Positions 9,901-18,113 of a stretch of DNA of 64,000 bases are shown here, one piece after another. The notes beneath the pieces are model-generated. The model ran no database searches. It was not told the DNA's origin and saw only the letters and a list, made by a program, of their open reading frames with translations. Numbering within the stretch: the stretch's first letter is position 1; every line of letters starts with the position of its first letter. The position numbers and the translations under genes are program-made. The DNA comes from Dehalococcoidia bacterium (GTDB taxonomy: Bacteria > Chloroflexota > Dehalococcoidia > GIF9 > UBA5629), in NCBI GenBank assembly GCA_050011565.1, contig JBEKIW010000004.1, positions 1 to 64,000 on the forward strand, written 5' to 3'.

Positions 9901-10638
9901 CATGTACGCAGTAAGAAACTTGTCGACCTATGGATCTATAGTCAGTGGGACCCGAATACGTGGATACTGAACAGTGGAGATTGTAACCCGATCTGGAACA
10001 ACCCGGATATTCGATTGTTCGAAGGCAACAATGAGGTGGATTCGAATAACTTGACAGTGCTGACGAAATATACGGTTAAGGCCGCGATCCATAACGGCAC
10101 CGGGGTTCAAGCTGATAACGCAAAAGTTGTCTTCTCCTGGGCTGATTTCGGTATAGGTGGCCCCTGGACCGAGTTCTATAGTACTGGTCTGGATGTAGGT
10201 CCCGCGGGTGCCACTGCTGAGGCGCCATTTACGCCCGAAGCTACCGGCCATATATGCATCCTAGTCGAGATCTATCATGTGGAAGACATATCCCCTTCAA
10301 ACAATGTGGGGCAAGAGAACCTCCATGTTGGGCCTACTAGCTCAGCCGCCATGGTCGCTTTTTGGGTCTCGAATCCAACACAAAACCCGGCTGCGGTTTT
10401 TATTGAAGTAAGGCAGGTGTTTCGGCCTGGTCAGGAAGGCGAAAAGGAGAAGGGGCCGTGGGTCACCAAAGTTATGCATCCAGATCCACAGGTGATCAAG
10501 CCTGGGGACAGTGCACGGGCGTTCCTCGTAGTCGATCCGGGCAAGGTTGAAACTGAAACCCCAGCAGAGTTCGCAATAACGGGTTTCATTGAAGGCAAGA
10601 TGATTGGAGGTGTTAATTTAACTATAACCTCAACATAG
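6997..10638 (+). CDS. Gingipain-like peptidase C25 with DUF11 domain, C25 propeptide and Ig-like C-terminal domains
   Basis: GKPQLP propeptide, YVLLIGD, TDIYY, FLGRW, catalytic YKGHG and SLACETG, YNLFGDPE; GGGAGG RBS before ATG 6997. Confidence 0.9.
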   Translation: MISKMRKINKRELAPVFKKVIISHLGELTRDTRTVGDMIKYRIYYHNSTTFPADIIITDRLPDGLSHVTVFNNGKYDRTKRIVTWRVKKLSPMQGSYVEVQARIDSDGVISNQAFLDSFGAPQRKTNIVKTRVLVPPKLGWVPFTKDSKPGEPARSYMKDETTTGLTVNFDINGMHVRKEILDGVAYHHLSIPGRATMLEVGKPQLPIVGQIIEVPHGVDINPIIVKKEPITLEGYNVYPTQKPEYLAASNVKRAFKIDKVTYLSAATYPSTPVAIQAKDIGVIRGHRLVFLKVCPLQYNFTTRKMTAFSNIEVRLEYDHPAQIEGVDRRIASAPFEALLQSSVINYKAPTRTYSCGIPPPEPSELTGCHYLILTHPDFYNKDPLVKFANWKRRKGLITKVVDVSTIPGGNTADAIKTYIRNAYHTWYPAPAYVLLIGDSNYIPPNDGLPHPQHLDSNGNATPIATDIYYATVDGNDYFSDIFLGRWSVDNVAQLGHVVDKIIYYENEEVQDAKFYHDTSLVTVFIDDNSDGKEDDGYYTIEFAEAIRTYLIGQGYDVQRIYCHSGSAPKGPLWYQDGTDLPDELKLPGFPWSGGTQDIIQAINTGNFLMTYKGHGKWFGWSSPWFMNGDSLSNVGKLPVIFSLACETGWFDNEIDRGIQQAPGANEECFCESLLRKEWAGAVAVIGATRDAPTPDEFMILGIYKAIWPDFNPTPPSVPLPPMDIAPLLRMGQILNFCKIYIANLLGPGTGMQSVQSLFELYNLFGDPEMPIWTRAPVRLAVYHPESIGSTGKQDFMVSVTDPYSGTPVQGATVTLTRTLTPVSGGSIPPEEIIQVSYTDPGGIALFAVDTITDTEIQITASALNYLPYKDTIKVTAGGAVLNRLDPDNGAKGQPFLLGGQNFSKENVDIYFEISGQKILVKTIEASGGDFGQVGADVEIEVPWSDPLGPANLIAVGQKSGRCAVRVFHVRSKKLVDLWIYSQWDPNTWILNSGDCNPIWNNPDIRLFEGNNEVDSNNLTVLTKYTVKAAIHNGTGVQADNAKVVFSWADFGIGGPWTEFYSTGLDVGPAGATAEAPFTPEATGHICILVEIYHVEDISPSNNVGQENLHVGPTSSAAMVAFWVSNPTQNPAAVFIEVRQVFRPGQEGEKEKGPWVTKVMHPDPQVIKPGDSARAFLVVDPGKVETETPAEFAITGFIEGKMIGGVNLTITST

Positions 10639-10907
10639 GGTGCTATGCCGCCAGGATAGTGACAGATGTAGTAGCCTTTCGACCAAGAAAGTGGTAAATC
10701 AGAAGTCATTCCTACTGCTGATTTACCAGGAATTTATCAGATTATAGTCCAGAAAATCCTAGCAAGACGATGGCTGAGTCTACCGCGAGCAGCCGGTGAC
10801 AACAAAAGGGCGTTTTGTTATTTTAGTCTCTTGCCAGCACTACTTCCCCTTCCAAAGTTATGGTTACATTCCGCACGCACAAGGGTCCCTTTTTGCAGTC
10901 CGGGATA

Positions 10908-10936
10908 TTGACAACCACCATTGGCAGGAGTAGGCT
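10908..10936 (+). promoter_or_regulatory. Sigma70-type promoter
   Basis: TTGACA-17bp-TAGGCT. Confidence 0.55.
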
Positions 10937-11003
10937 AGATTAATCTGATACGAAAAAAGTCCAGGAACGATATAAGTCGGGTATAGGAGCTGGGGGATGG
11001 AAC

Positions 11004-11051
11004 AAGGGTACTGGAATCGCTGTTTGATAGCGATTATTGGTGCCCTTTTTT
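11004..11051 (+). terminator. Terminator upstream of the cyclase gene
   Basis: AAGGGTAC..AATCGCT/AGCGATT..GTGCCCTT plus T-tract. Confidence 0.7.
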
Positions 11052-11130
11052 ATTCAAGCTATATGGGATGGTATTGTGAATTACCCAGGCATTGTCTTTC
11101 ACGAAATCTTTGTAACAGAGGCTGTGTAAA

Positions 11131-14100
11131 ATGAAATGCCCAAAGTGCCAGGCCGAAAATCGTGAAGGGGTTAAGTTTTGTGAGCAGTGTGGGGACAAGA
11201 TGGAATCATTTTGTCCCAACTGCGGAGTGAATATCCCCTTGGGTAAGAAGTTCTGTGGCGACTGTGGCCACGACTTAGCCATTCCCACGACACCACCATC
11301 CAAAGCCATCTCCTTTGAAGAAAAGCTGGAGAAGCTCCAGCGCTACCTGCCTGGAGGACTGACCGAAAAGATACTGGCCCAGAGAGGAAAAATCGAAGGT
11401 GAGCACAGACAGGTCACCGTCATGTTCTGCGACCTGAAGGGATTCACCCCTCTTTCCGAGAAGCTAGGCGAGGAGAAAGTGTACTCCATAATGGATGAAC
11501 TCTTTGAGATGATGATTCATAAGGTACACGAGTATGGCGGCACGGTCAACAAGGGGACCGGTGACGGTATCATGGCTTTATTCGGGGCACCCATCGCCGT
11601 GGAGGATGCCCCGCAGCGGGCCATCCGTTCTGCCCTGGCCATTCAGCGGGAAATGGCCAAATTCAGCGGCACGCTAAAGGGAGAGACCGAGGTTCCTCCG
11701 CTAAAGATGCGTATAGGCATCAATACCGGCCCAGTTGTCGTTGGCACGCTGGGTAACGACCTCCGGGTGGAGTTCACGGCGATGGGGGACACGGTGAACC
11801 TGGCTTCCAGGATGGAAGGATTGGCGGAGCCGGGCACAGTCTATGTCACCGAAGATACCTTCAAGCTCACCGAGGGCTTCTTCCGGTTTGAGGCGCTGGG
11901 TGAGAGACAGGTCAAGGGTAAGGAACAACCGGTCAAGGCGTACCGTGTTATTGCTCCCAGCACCATGAGGACGAGGTTTGATGTCAGCGCCGAGCGGGGA
12001 CTGACTCCCTTTGTCGGCCGGCAGAGAGAGCTTGAGCTATTACTCGATGGCTTTGAGCGTGCCAGGGCAGGCAAGGGGCAAGCTTTCTCCATCATGGGCG
12101 AGGCCGGTGTAGGCAAATCACGGCTGCTATATGAGTTCAGGAAGGCAATCGGCAGCGAGAACGTGACCTTTCTGGAGGGCAAATGCCTGTCGTACATACG
12201 GGGTGTAGCCTATCATCCCATCATAGATATACTGAAGTCGAACTTTGGTATCAGGGAAGACGACGAGGACTACCAGGTCAGGGATAAGGTCAAGCAGGGC
12301 CTGAAGCAATTAAGGGTAGACGAAGCCTCCACTCTCCCTTACCTACTGGAGCTGCTGGGTGTCAAGGATAGCGGCATCGACAAGATACCCATGAGCCCGG
12401 AAGGCAAGAAAGACCGGATGATGGAGGCGGTAAAGCGAATCTGCCTTAAAGGTTCAGAGATACGGCCACTGATAATGGCCATTGAGGACCTGCACTGGAC
12501 GGACAAAAGCTCTGAGGAGGCGATGAAGTATCTGCTGGAGAGCATACCGGGGTCCAGGGTACTCCTGATATTCACCTACCGGCCCGAGTTCGTGCACACC
12601 TGGGGCACCAGGTCATACCACAGCCAGGTGACCCTGAACCGGCTGTCCAACCGGGAGAGCCTGGCCATGCTGGCCTATCTCCTGGGCACGGAGCAGGTAG
12701 AGACACAGCTTCAGGAGCTCGTATTGCAGAAGACGGAAGGTATTCCCTTTTTCATCGAGGAGTTCATAACGTCACTTAAAGACCTCAAGATAATTGATAA
12801 AAAGGACGGTCTCTACCATCTGACCAGAGATATTCACGATGTAACCATACCGAGCACTATTCAGGATGTCATCATGGCCAGGGTGGACTCCCTGCCCGAG
12901 GCCGCCAGGGGGGTGCTTCAGACAGGCTCAGCCATCGAGAGGGAGTTCAGCCACGAGCTGATACAGAGGGTGATGGGCATACCAGGGCAGGAATTGTTGT
13001 CTCACCTGTCGGCATTAAAGGACTCTGAGCTTCTGTACGAGAGGGGGATATATCCTCAGTCGACCTATATTTTCAGGCACGCACTGACACGCGAGGTAGT
13101 GTATGACTCGATACTGGAGGCGAGGAAGAAGAGGCTTCACTTAGAGATAGGCGATGCCATCGAGGACATATATAAAGAAAACCTGGATGAGCATTATGAG
13201 TTACTGGCTGAGCATTATGTTGCGGGCGAGGGCTACGAGAAAGGGGCTGAGTATTGCCGGCTCGCGGCAAGGAAGGTTGAGAAAGCCGGCTCTCTTAATG
13301 ATGCGATTGCGTATGGTGAGAAAAGAGTAGCCTGTCTTGAGAGACTACCCGCGACGGAGGAAGTGGACAAGAAGATAATCGACGCCAGAACGACCCTTGG
13401 GCTTTATTACCTTCAGCTAAGTTATCATGTTGAGGCCAAAGAGGCTGTTGAGCCGGTAGTTGAGCTGGCTTTGAAGCGTGGTTATAAAAGGAGGATTGCC
13501 CAGATATATACCATAATAGGGGCATATAGTCATACGGTTGAGGAGGATTACCCCGCGGCCTTCAAATACCTAGGGGAGGCTTTGCAGCTCTCGGAAGAGT
13601 TGAACGATCTTCCTTCCTTGTTTTTTTCAAGTTTCCGGTTGGGATGGGCCCTTGCTGACAACTGTGAATTTGAAAAAGGCCTTTATCATTCGGAAAGGGC
13701 TTTGGAGATCAATGTAGCGGCAAATACCCTCTGGGGTATATCAAGGGTCAAAAGCAATATAGCCATGCGTGTTTATCATTATCAGGGAAAGGTTGATCTT
13801 GGCTATCAGACCAGCGGTGAGGCGGTACGGCTAGCCGAAGAGAGCGGCGATACAGGGTCAAAGGCATTGGCGTACACCAGCCATGGTGCATTGTGTTTTT
13901 GCAAGGGGTTTTTGGATGAAGCCGAGGTACAGCTCTTGAAGGCGATCGATTTTTGTGATAGCATCAACTTCTTTTTGTGGCAGGCTTCGGCAAGTTCCTT
14001 TTTGGGCGAGACCTACTTTGAGAAGGGAAAATATCAAGAATTCCAGGACTGTTACAACAAAGCAATTTCGGTGTTGAAACGCGGAAGGGTTTTGCCCTCT

Positions 14101-14535
14101 TTCCTTAACTTATATAGAATGGGTTTGGCCAGGGCGAAAGTGATGAGTAACGAAAAGGACATAGACTTGAAGGATATATTCGAGTCTTACCATGAGAATA
14201 GGCAAAAGGTGTGTGGAGGGTTGATGGCAAGATATATCGGTGAGATACTACTCAATATTGATGACCGGCACATGAATGAGGCGGAGGAATGGGTCAAGAA
14301 GGCCATCGAAGCCGATAAGAGGAACAGCATGAGGTTCTACTTGGGAAGGGATTATGCCTCTTATGCCGAGCTGCTGAAACGAAAAGGCGACCCGCCCGGA
14401 GCTAAAGAGAAACTGAACAAGGCGATAGAAATCTACAAAGAATGCGGTGCCGACGGCTGGCTGAAAAAGGCCCAGGAGGACCTGGCAGCGATGGAAAAGC
14501 CTGGGCGGAAGCGACCTAAGCGGGCGAAAGGTTAG
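11131..14535 (+). CDS. Double zinc ribbon + class III adenylate/guanylate cyclase + STAND AAA ATPase + TPR protein
   Basis: 4x CxxC; VMFCDLKGFT, GDGIMALFG, GDTVNLASRME; Walker A GEAGVGKS; IEDLHW; C-terminal TPRs. Confidence 0.92.
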   Translation: MKCPKCQAENREGVKFCEQCGDKMESFCPNCGVNIPLGKKFCGDCGHDLAIPTTPPSKAISFEEKLEKLQRYLPGGLTEKILAQRGKIEGEHRQVTVMFCDLKGFTPLSEKLGEEKVYSIMDELFEMMIHKVHEYGGTVNKGTGDGIMALFGAPIAVEDAPQRAIRSALAIQREMAKFSGTLKGETEVPPLKMRIGINTGPVVVGTLGNDLRVEFTAMGDTVNLASRMEGLAEPGTVYVTEDTFKLTEGFFRFEALGERQVKGKEQPVKAYRVIAPSTMRTRFDVSAERGLTPFVGRQRELELLLDGFERARAGKGQAFSIMGEAGVGKSRLLYEFRKAIGSENVTFLEGKCLSYIRGVAYHPIIDILKSNFGIREDDEDYQVRDKVKQGLKQLRVDEASTLPYLLELLGVKDSGIDKIPMSPEGKKDRMMEAVKRICLKGSEIRPLIMAIEDLHWTDKSSEEAMKYLLESIPGSRVLLIFTYRPEFVHTWGTRSYHSQVTLNRLSNRESLAMLAYLLGTEQVETQLQELVLQKTEGIPFFIEEFITSLKDLKIIDKKDGLYHLTRDIHDVTIPSTIQDVIMARVDSLPEAARGVLQTGSAIEREFSHELIQRVMGIPGQELLSHLSALKDSELLYERGIYPQSTYIFRHALTREVVYDSILEARKKRLHLEIGDAIEDIYKENLDEHYELLAEHYVAGEGYEKGAEYCRLAARKVEKAGSLNDAIAYGEKRVACLERLPATEEVDKKIIDARTTLGLYYLQLSYHVEAKEAVEPVVELALKRGYKRRIAQIYTIIGAYSHTVEEDYPAAFKYLGEALQLSEELNDLPSLFFSSFRLGWALADNCEFEKGLYHSERALEINVAANTLWGISRVKSNIAMRVYHYQGKVDLGYQTSGEAVRLAEESGDTGSKALAYTSHGALCFCKGFLDEAEVQLLKAIDFCDSINFFLWQASASSFLGETYFEKGKYQEFQDCYNKAISVLKRGRVLPSFLNLYRMGLARAKVMSNEKDIDLKDIFESYHENRQKVCGGLMARYIGEILLNIDDRHMNEAEEWVKKAIEADKRNSMRFYLGRDYASYAELLKRKGDPPGAKEKLNKAIEIYKECGADGWLKKAQEDLAAMEKPGRKRPKRAKG

Positions 14536-14727
14536 AAGCATCACTAGACCTCAGCGCCCTCGAAGAGAAATTTTCAACAAGCTCGCCCATGTAACAATAG
14601 TCCATAATGTGACATACTAGGCGCTACTGGGAGGTGGCTTGAACTTTTGATAATGATTATTAACGTAGGGATAATAGCAGTTCGAGTCCTCACAGTTGGT
14701 ATTCAGAATAGTTCTTGTTCTATTGAC

Positions 14728-14787
14728 ACCGGCCATAAGGCCACTAATACCAGCACCGATAATGACCACATCAAAGTTGTTTTTCAC
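14728..14787 (-). pseudogene. 5' stub of a second FAD-dependent oxidoreductase
   Basis: GGAG RBS plus GTG overlapping the upstream gene end; MKNNFDVVIIGAGISGLMAG (GxGxxG), then unrelated sequence. Confidence 0.75.
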
Positions 14788-16303
14788 TTTGTTTCTCCTC
14801 CTGAGGCTTTGTGGTGGTAAACTTCCTATCGTCCCGCCTGCAGATAATCTGAATCGCGTTGCGTCCTGAGGCTGCTACAGCTGGTGTTCCTCCTCCTGGC
14901 TCCACCCACTGGCCAACCATATAGAAGTTGTTCAGACCGCGTAGCTCCTTACTCATTCGCGTCATGAAGATTTTGCTGGTAAGCAACCAGCCTTCCCAAG
15001 AACCCTGCCAGTTGCCAGTGTAGCGTTCCCAGGTAGCCGGCGTGGCCACATCACGCATTTCTATCTGCTTGGCAAGTCCTGGGAAGCGTGTATCGAGAAA
15101 AGCTATTATCTGGTCGGCGACTTTCTCCTTTTCCTGCTTGTACTGTTCCCGGTTCTCCTGCCTCAACTTCTGCCAGTAGTCGAAGTCAGCATAGAGAAAG
15201 GCCGCCAGCGCAGTCTTGCCAGGAGGGGCGAAGGTTGGGTCATAACTATAGATGTCCAAGCACATACGATCACAGGTTTTGTTTCCGATGGTAAGAGGTT
15301 CCTCCAGCATGTAGACAATCTCGTGTGGCTCAGGAGGAAAAGAACGGTCTACGCCCAGACCGACATAAATCAGGGGCGGAAATAGAGGTAATTTCGCATA
15401 ATATTCCTTAAGCTTGTCATTAAAGAACTTGCCGTCAAGCATGTTGAAGATGGTGGTATGGCCGTCAGCCGCTGAGATGACAATATCACTTCGGTATTCC
15501 GTTCCATCGAGCAGATGAACGCCTACTGCCCGGTTATCCTCGACGAGTATCTTGGCTACAGGGGAACGGTAATGAACTTGACCGCCGAGTCCAAGGTATC
15601 GCTTTTCTATGGCTTGTGCGAATTCCAGGGAGCCACCGATAGGGCATCCAGCTTGTTTAGTATGCTGGAACGCAAGTGTTCCTTGCCTAGCTAGCAGGGC
15701 AAAGTCTGCAAAGTCGCCAGCAAAGCTTGCGGTGAAAGCCCGACGCAAGAACGGATTCTTGAACCTCTGAGCATATTGTCCCGCGGAGGCTTTTCTGAAT
15801 TTCAGAAAAGTTGGCATGAAGGGCATCATGGAAAGCATCATCTTGAGGTTGTCAAACGGAGTATGCAGTTCAGGCGCTTTGTCCATCTTCCAGTTAAGAC
15901 GAGCCATGCCACGTGCTCCGCCAATGAAATCCCCGATAACCTTTGTATCCTCCGGAGCAAGCTCATTCATGTGCTCCTCCAAGCGGTCTAGGTCCGAATA
16001 GATGGTCCAAGCTTTGCCGTCTTTGTCTTCGACTCTACGGTATTCCTCGAAGTTGATGAACTGGCGGTTCTGAACAGCCCCCAGCTCTTCCCACATATGG
16101 TGATAGCTGGAATTCGGACTAGAGCCAAATACCCAGTGGAGACAGCCGTCAATGATATAGCCCTTCCGTTCCCAGGCAGTACACACGCCTCCAGGCTTGT
16201 CATGCATCTCGAATATTTGTGTCTTGTAACCATTCATCTGCCCGTAGCAGCCAGCAGATAAACCTGCTATTCCCGCCCCGATAATTATTATCGATTTTTC
16301 CAA
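14771..16303 (-). CDS. Phytoene dehydrogenase-like FAD-dependent oxidoreductase
   Basis: IIIGAGIAGL, EMHDKPGG, ATPATWERYT, GQWVEPGGG. Confidence 0.88.
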   Translation of the reverse strand: MEKSIIIIGAGIAGLSAGCYGQMNGYKTQIFEMHDKPGGVCTAWERKGYIIDGCLHWVFGSSPNSSYHHMWEELGAVQNRQFINFEEYRRVEDKDGKAWTIYSDLDRLEEHMNELAPEDTKVIGDFIGGARGMARLNWKMDKAPELHTPFDNLKMMLSMMPFMPTFLKFRKASAGQYAQRFKNPFLRRAFTASFAGDFADFALLARQGTLAFQHTKQAGCPIGGSLEFAQAIEKRYLGLGGQVHYRSPVAKILVEDNRAVGVHLLDGTEYRSDIVISAADGHTTIFNMLDGKFFNDKLKEYYAKLPLFPPLIYVGLGVDRSFPPEPHEIVYMLEEPLTIGNKTCDRMCLDIYSYDPTFAPPGKTALAAFLYADFDYWQKLRQENREQYKQEKEKVADQIIAFLDTRFPGLAKQIEMRDVATPATWERYTGNWQGSWEGWLLTSKIFMTRMSKELRGLNNFYMVGQWVEPGGGTPAVAASGRNAIQIICRRDDRKFTTTKPQEEKQSEKQL

Positions 16304-17274
16304 AAAACACCTCTCATTACGAGAAATAGAATTTTCATTTCAATAATAGGCGGCTGATGATATATATGTCAAAATTGGGAGTGGCTAGTCATCCCTTCAT
16401 ATCCATACTGTCCCTACGGTATGTTGAACAAACGCCTGATTTGTTCAATATCTTAACAATTGACCAAAATGTGTCCAACGCGGATTGTCAAAGCAAACGA
16501 TTCATCGTATTATTTTACCTACATTACAAAAAGGCAGTCGTACTTCTAGAATCATCCTCACTAAAAGCGGGATCGCCCGTCCTTTACACTATGCCTGCAG
16601 AGAAAATACTGGCGAACAGTTACCATTCTACCGTAATCATTACCTATACCTTATACCGTATACCGTATACGGTTAAGATAGACGGTAATGTAAAAAACTC
16701 AAGAGTCCTGTCAAGGGGATAGTAATAAGCTGGAGGAGAGCCAGCTCCGGGTCAACTCCAAAGGATGCCCTGCCAATCTTTTACCAAGTGTAAACGATGT
16801 AGTCTCAATTGGGACATCGTTAACAGGAAATGTTGAAAGCTTTGATGCCGGGGTATAAACGCCCTTAAATAAATAGGTTGAATTCATAGGGGTCCTATTA
16901 AAGCGAGTTTCATGAATCCTACAGAATCCATCACAGTTACTTTCGATAACCATAGAAAACCACGGCGAATTGATTTGCTTTCTCCTAATGGCTGGTCTAC
17001 AGTGGTATTGATCAGAGAATGCGAAGTGACTGAGCTATCGGATCCTATAGCTTGTTAGCGAAGGTGGTCTTTCTGTCCACCAGATACTCATCGTTCAAGT
17101 CGCATGTTATGAAGGGTATCGCCCCTCTTTTTTAGCTGGGGTCGTGGCGGAAGGAGGCCTGAGAGTGTGAACCATGCAAGGCAAGATGCTACTTGTGTTA
17201 CGGCATAAGCGACTCGTTGACCAGTCCTTGCCGCTCGATTCCCCTCCGTGGAATTACCTTGCCTTGCAACTGAC

Positions 17275-17313
17275 TTGACATCCTTGGTCTCGTTATATTA
17301 TAATTAAAACGAG
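17275..17313 (+). promoter_or_regulatory. Promoter of the integration module with a candidate operator
   Basis: TTGACA-18bp-TATAAT; inverted repeat CTCGTT/AACGAG brackets the -10. Confidence 0.65.
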
Positions 17314-17331
17314 CTGACAAAGGAGTTCGTT

Positions 17332-17763
17332 ATGATAACTACAGAGGAGTTGCTAAAGGAAACTGGTATTAGCTACCCTACTCTCACTAGATTAAAAGAT
17401 CTCGGCATTATCGCAAAACCTAGCAAGCAAGGCCTCGGGAATAGGCGAGGGGTAATTGGAGTCTTCCCGGACGAGGTCGTGAGTATTATTAACTGGGTGA
17501 AACAGCAACAAGCCTGCGGGCTTTCTTTGGTGGAGATCGCGGGGAAATGGCGGCAAGCAAAGATGGAGGAGGGAGAGTTGGTAACCCAAAAACCCAATAC
17601 TAGTGTCATTAACTGGGCCACCAATATTTTCGCGAAATTACATGCCCAGTATCCACATGACGATTTTGTCCCAGGGGAAATTGAGTGGCCGCTTGAAGAA
17701 AAGCCCGATGGAACGGTTATAGCAAGGTTTAGATTGAGAAGGGTTCCAAGGGAACACAAATAA
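17332..17763 (+). CDS. MerR-like winged-HTH DNA-binding protein (possible directionality factor or regulator)
   Basis: MITTEELLKETGISYPTLTRLKDLGII..P pattern; AAGGAG RBS. Confidence 0.7.
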   Translation: MITTEELLKETGISYPTLTRLKDLGIIAKPSKQGLGNRRGVIGVFPDEVVSIINWVKQQQACGLSLVEIAGKWRQAKMEEGELVTQKPNTSVINWATNIFAKLHAQYPHDDFVPGEIEWPLEEKPDGTVIARFRLRRVPREHK

Positions 17764-17779
17764 GCTTAAAGGAGGCGCC

Positions 17780-18109
17780 GTGGACAAGGTTACAGAGGAG
17801 TTGATTAGGAACTTGTTCCAGATACCGCAGGTTGAACTTTTGACAGTCTGGAGCTTCCCAGGTTGGCATGGCTGCCCCCTTGCTACGGCAGAGAGGGGTA
17901 TTACAAACTGCCCCTTGGCATTCGACCGCAGGGGGGTGCCGGCTGAGCCACAGCCCTGGATGAAGGGAGCATGTGAGGATGAATCCTGGCGAGAGCGATG
18001 GTGCCAGATCCTAGGGTTCTGCCGGCAATGCCAGGGAAAACCAGGGCCCTCAGAAGATGAGAGGAGTCGACTGGGGGAAATCCGGAGAGCGCTATTCAAA
18101 ACGAGGTAG
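17780..18109 (+). CDS. Cys/Trp-rich hypothetical protein
   Basis: GGAGG RBS, six Cys including CRQC; lies between the HTH and recombinase genes. Confidence 0.55.
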   Translation: MDKVTEELIRNLFQIPQVELLTVWSFPGWHGCPLATAERGITNCPLAFDRRGVPAEPQPWMKGACEDESWRERWCQILGFCRQCQGKPGPSEDERSRLGEIRRALFKTR

Positions 18110-18113
18110 ACAG

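Noticed and set aside
14670-14695. GTTCGAGTCC as a third tRNA fragment
   Set aside because: No T-stem pairing and no acceptor strand or CCA.
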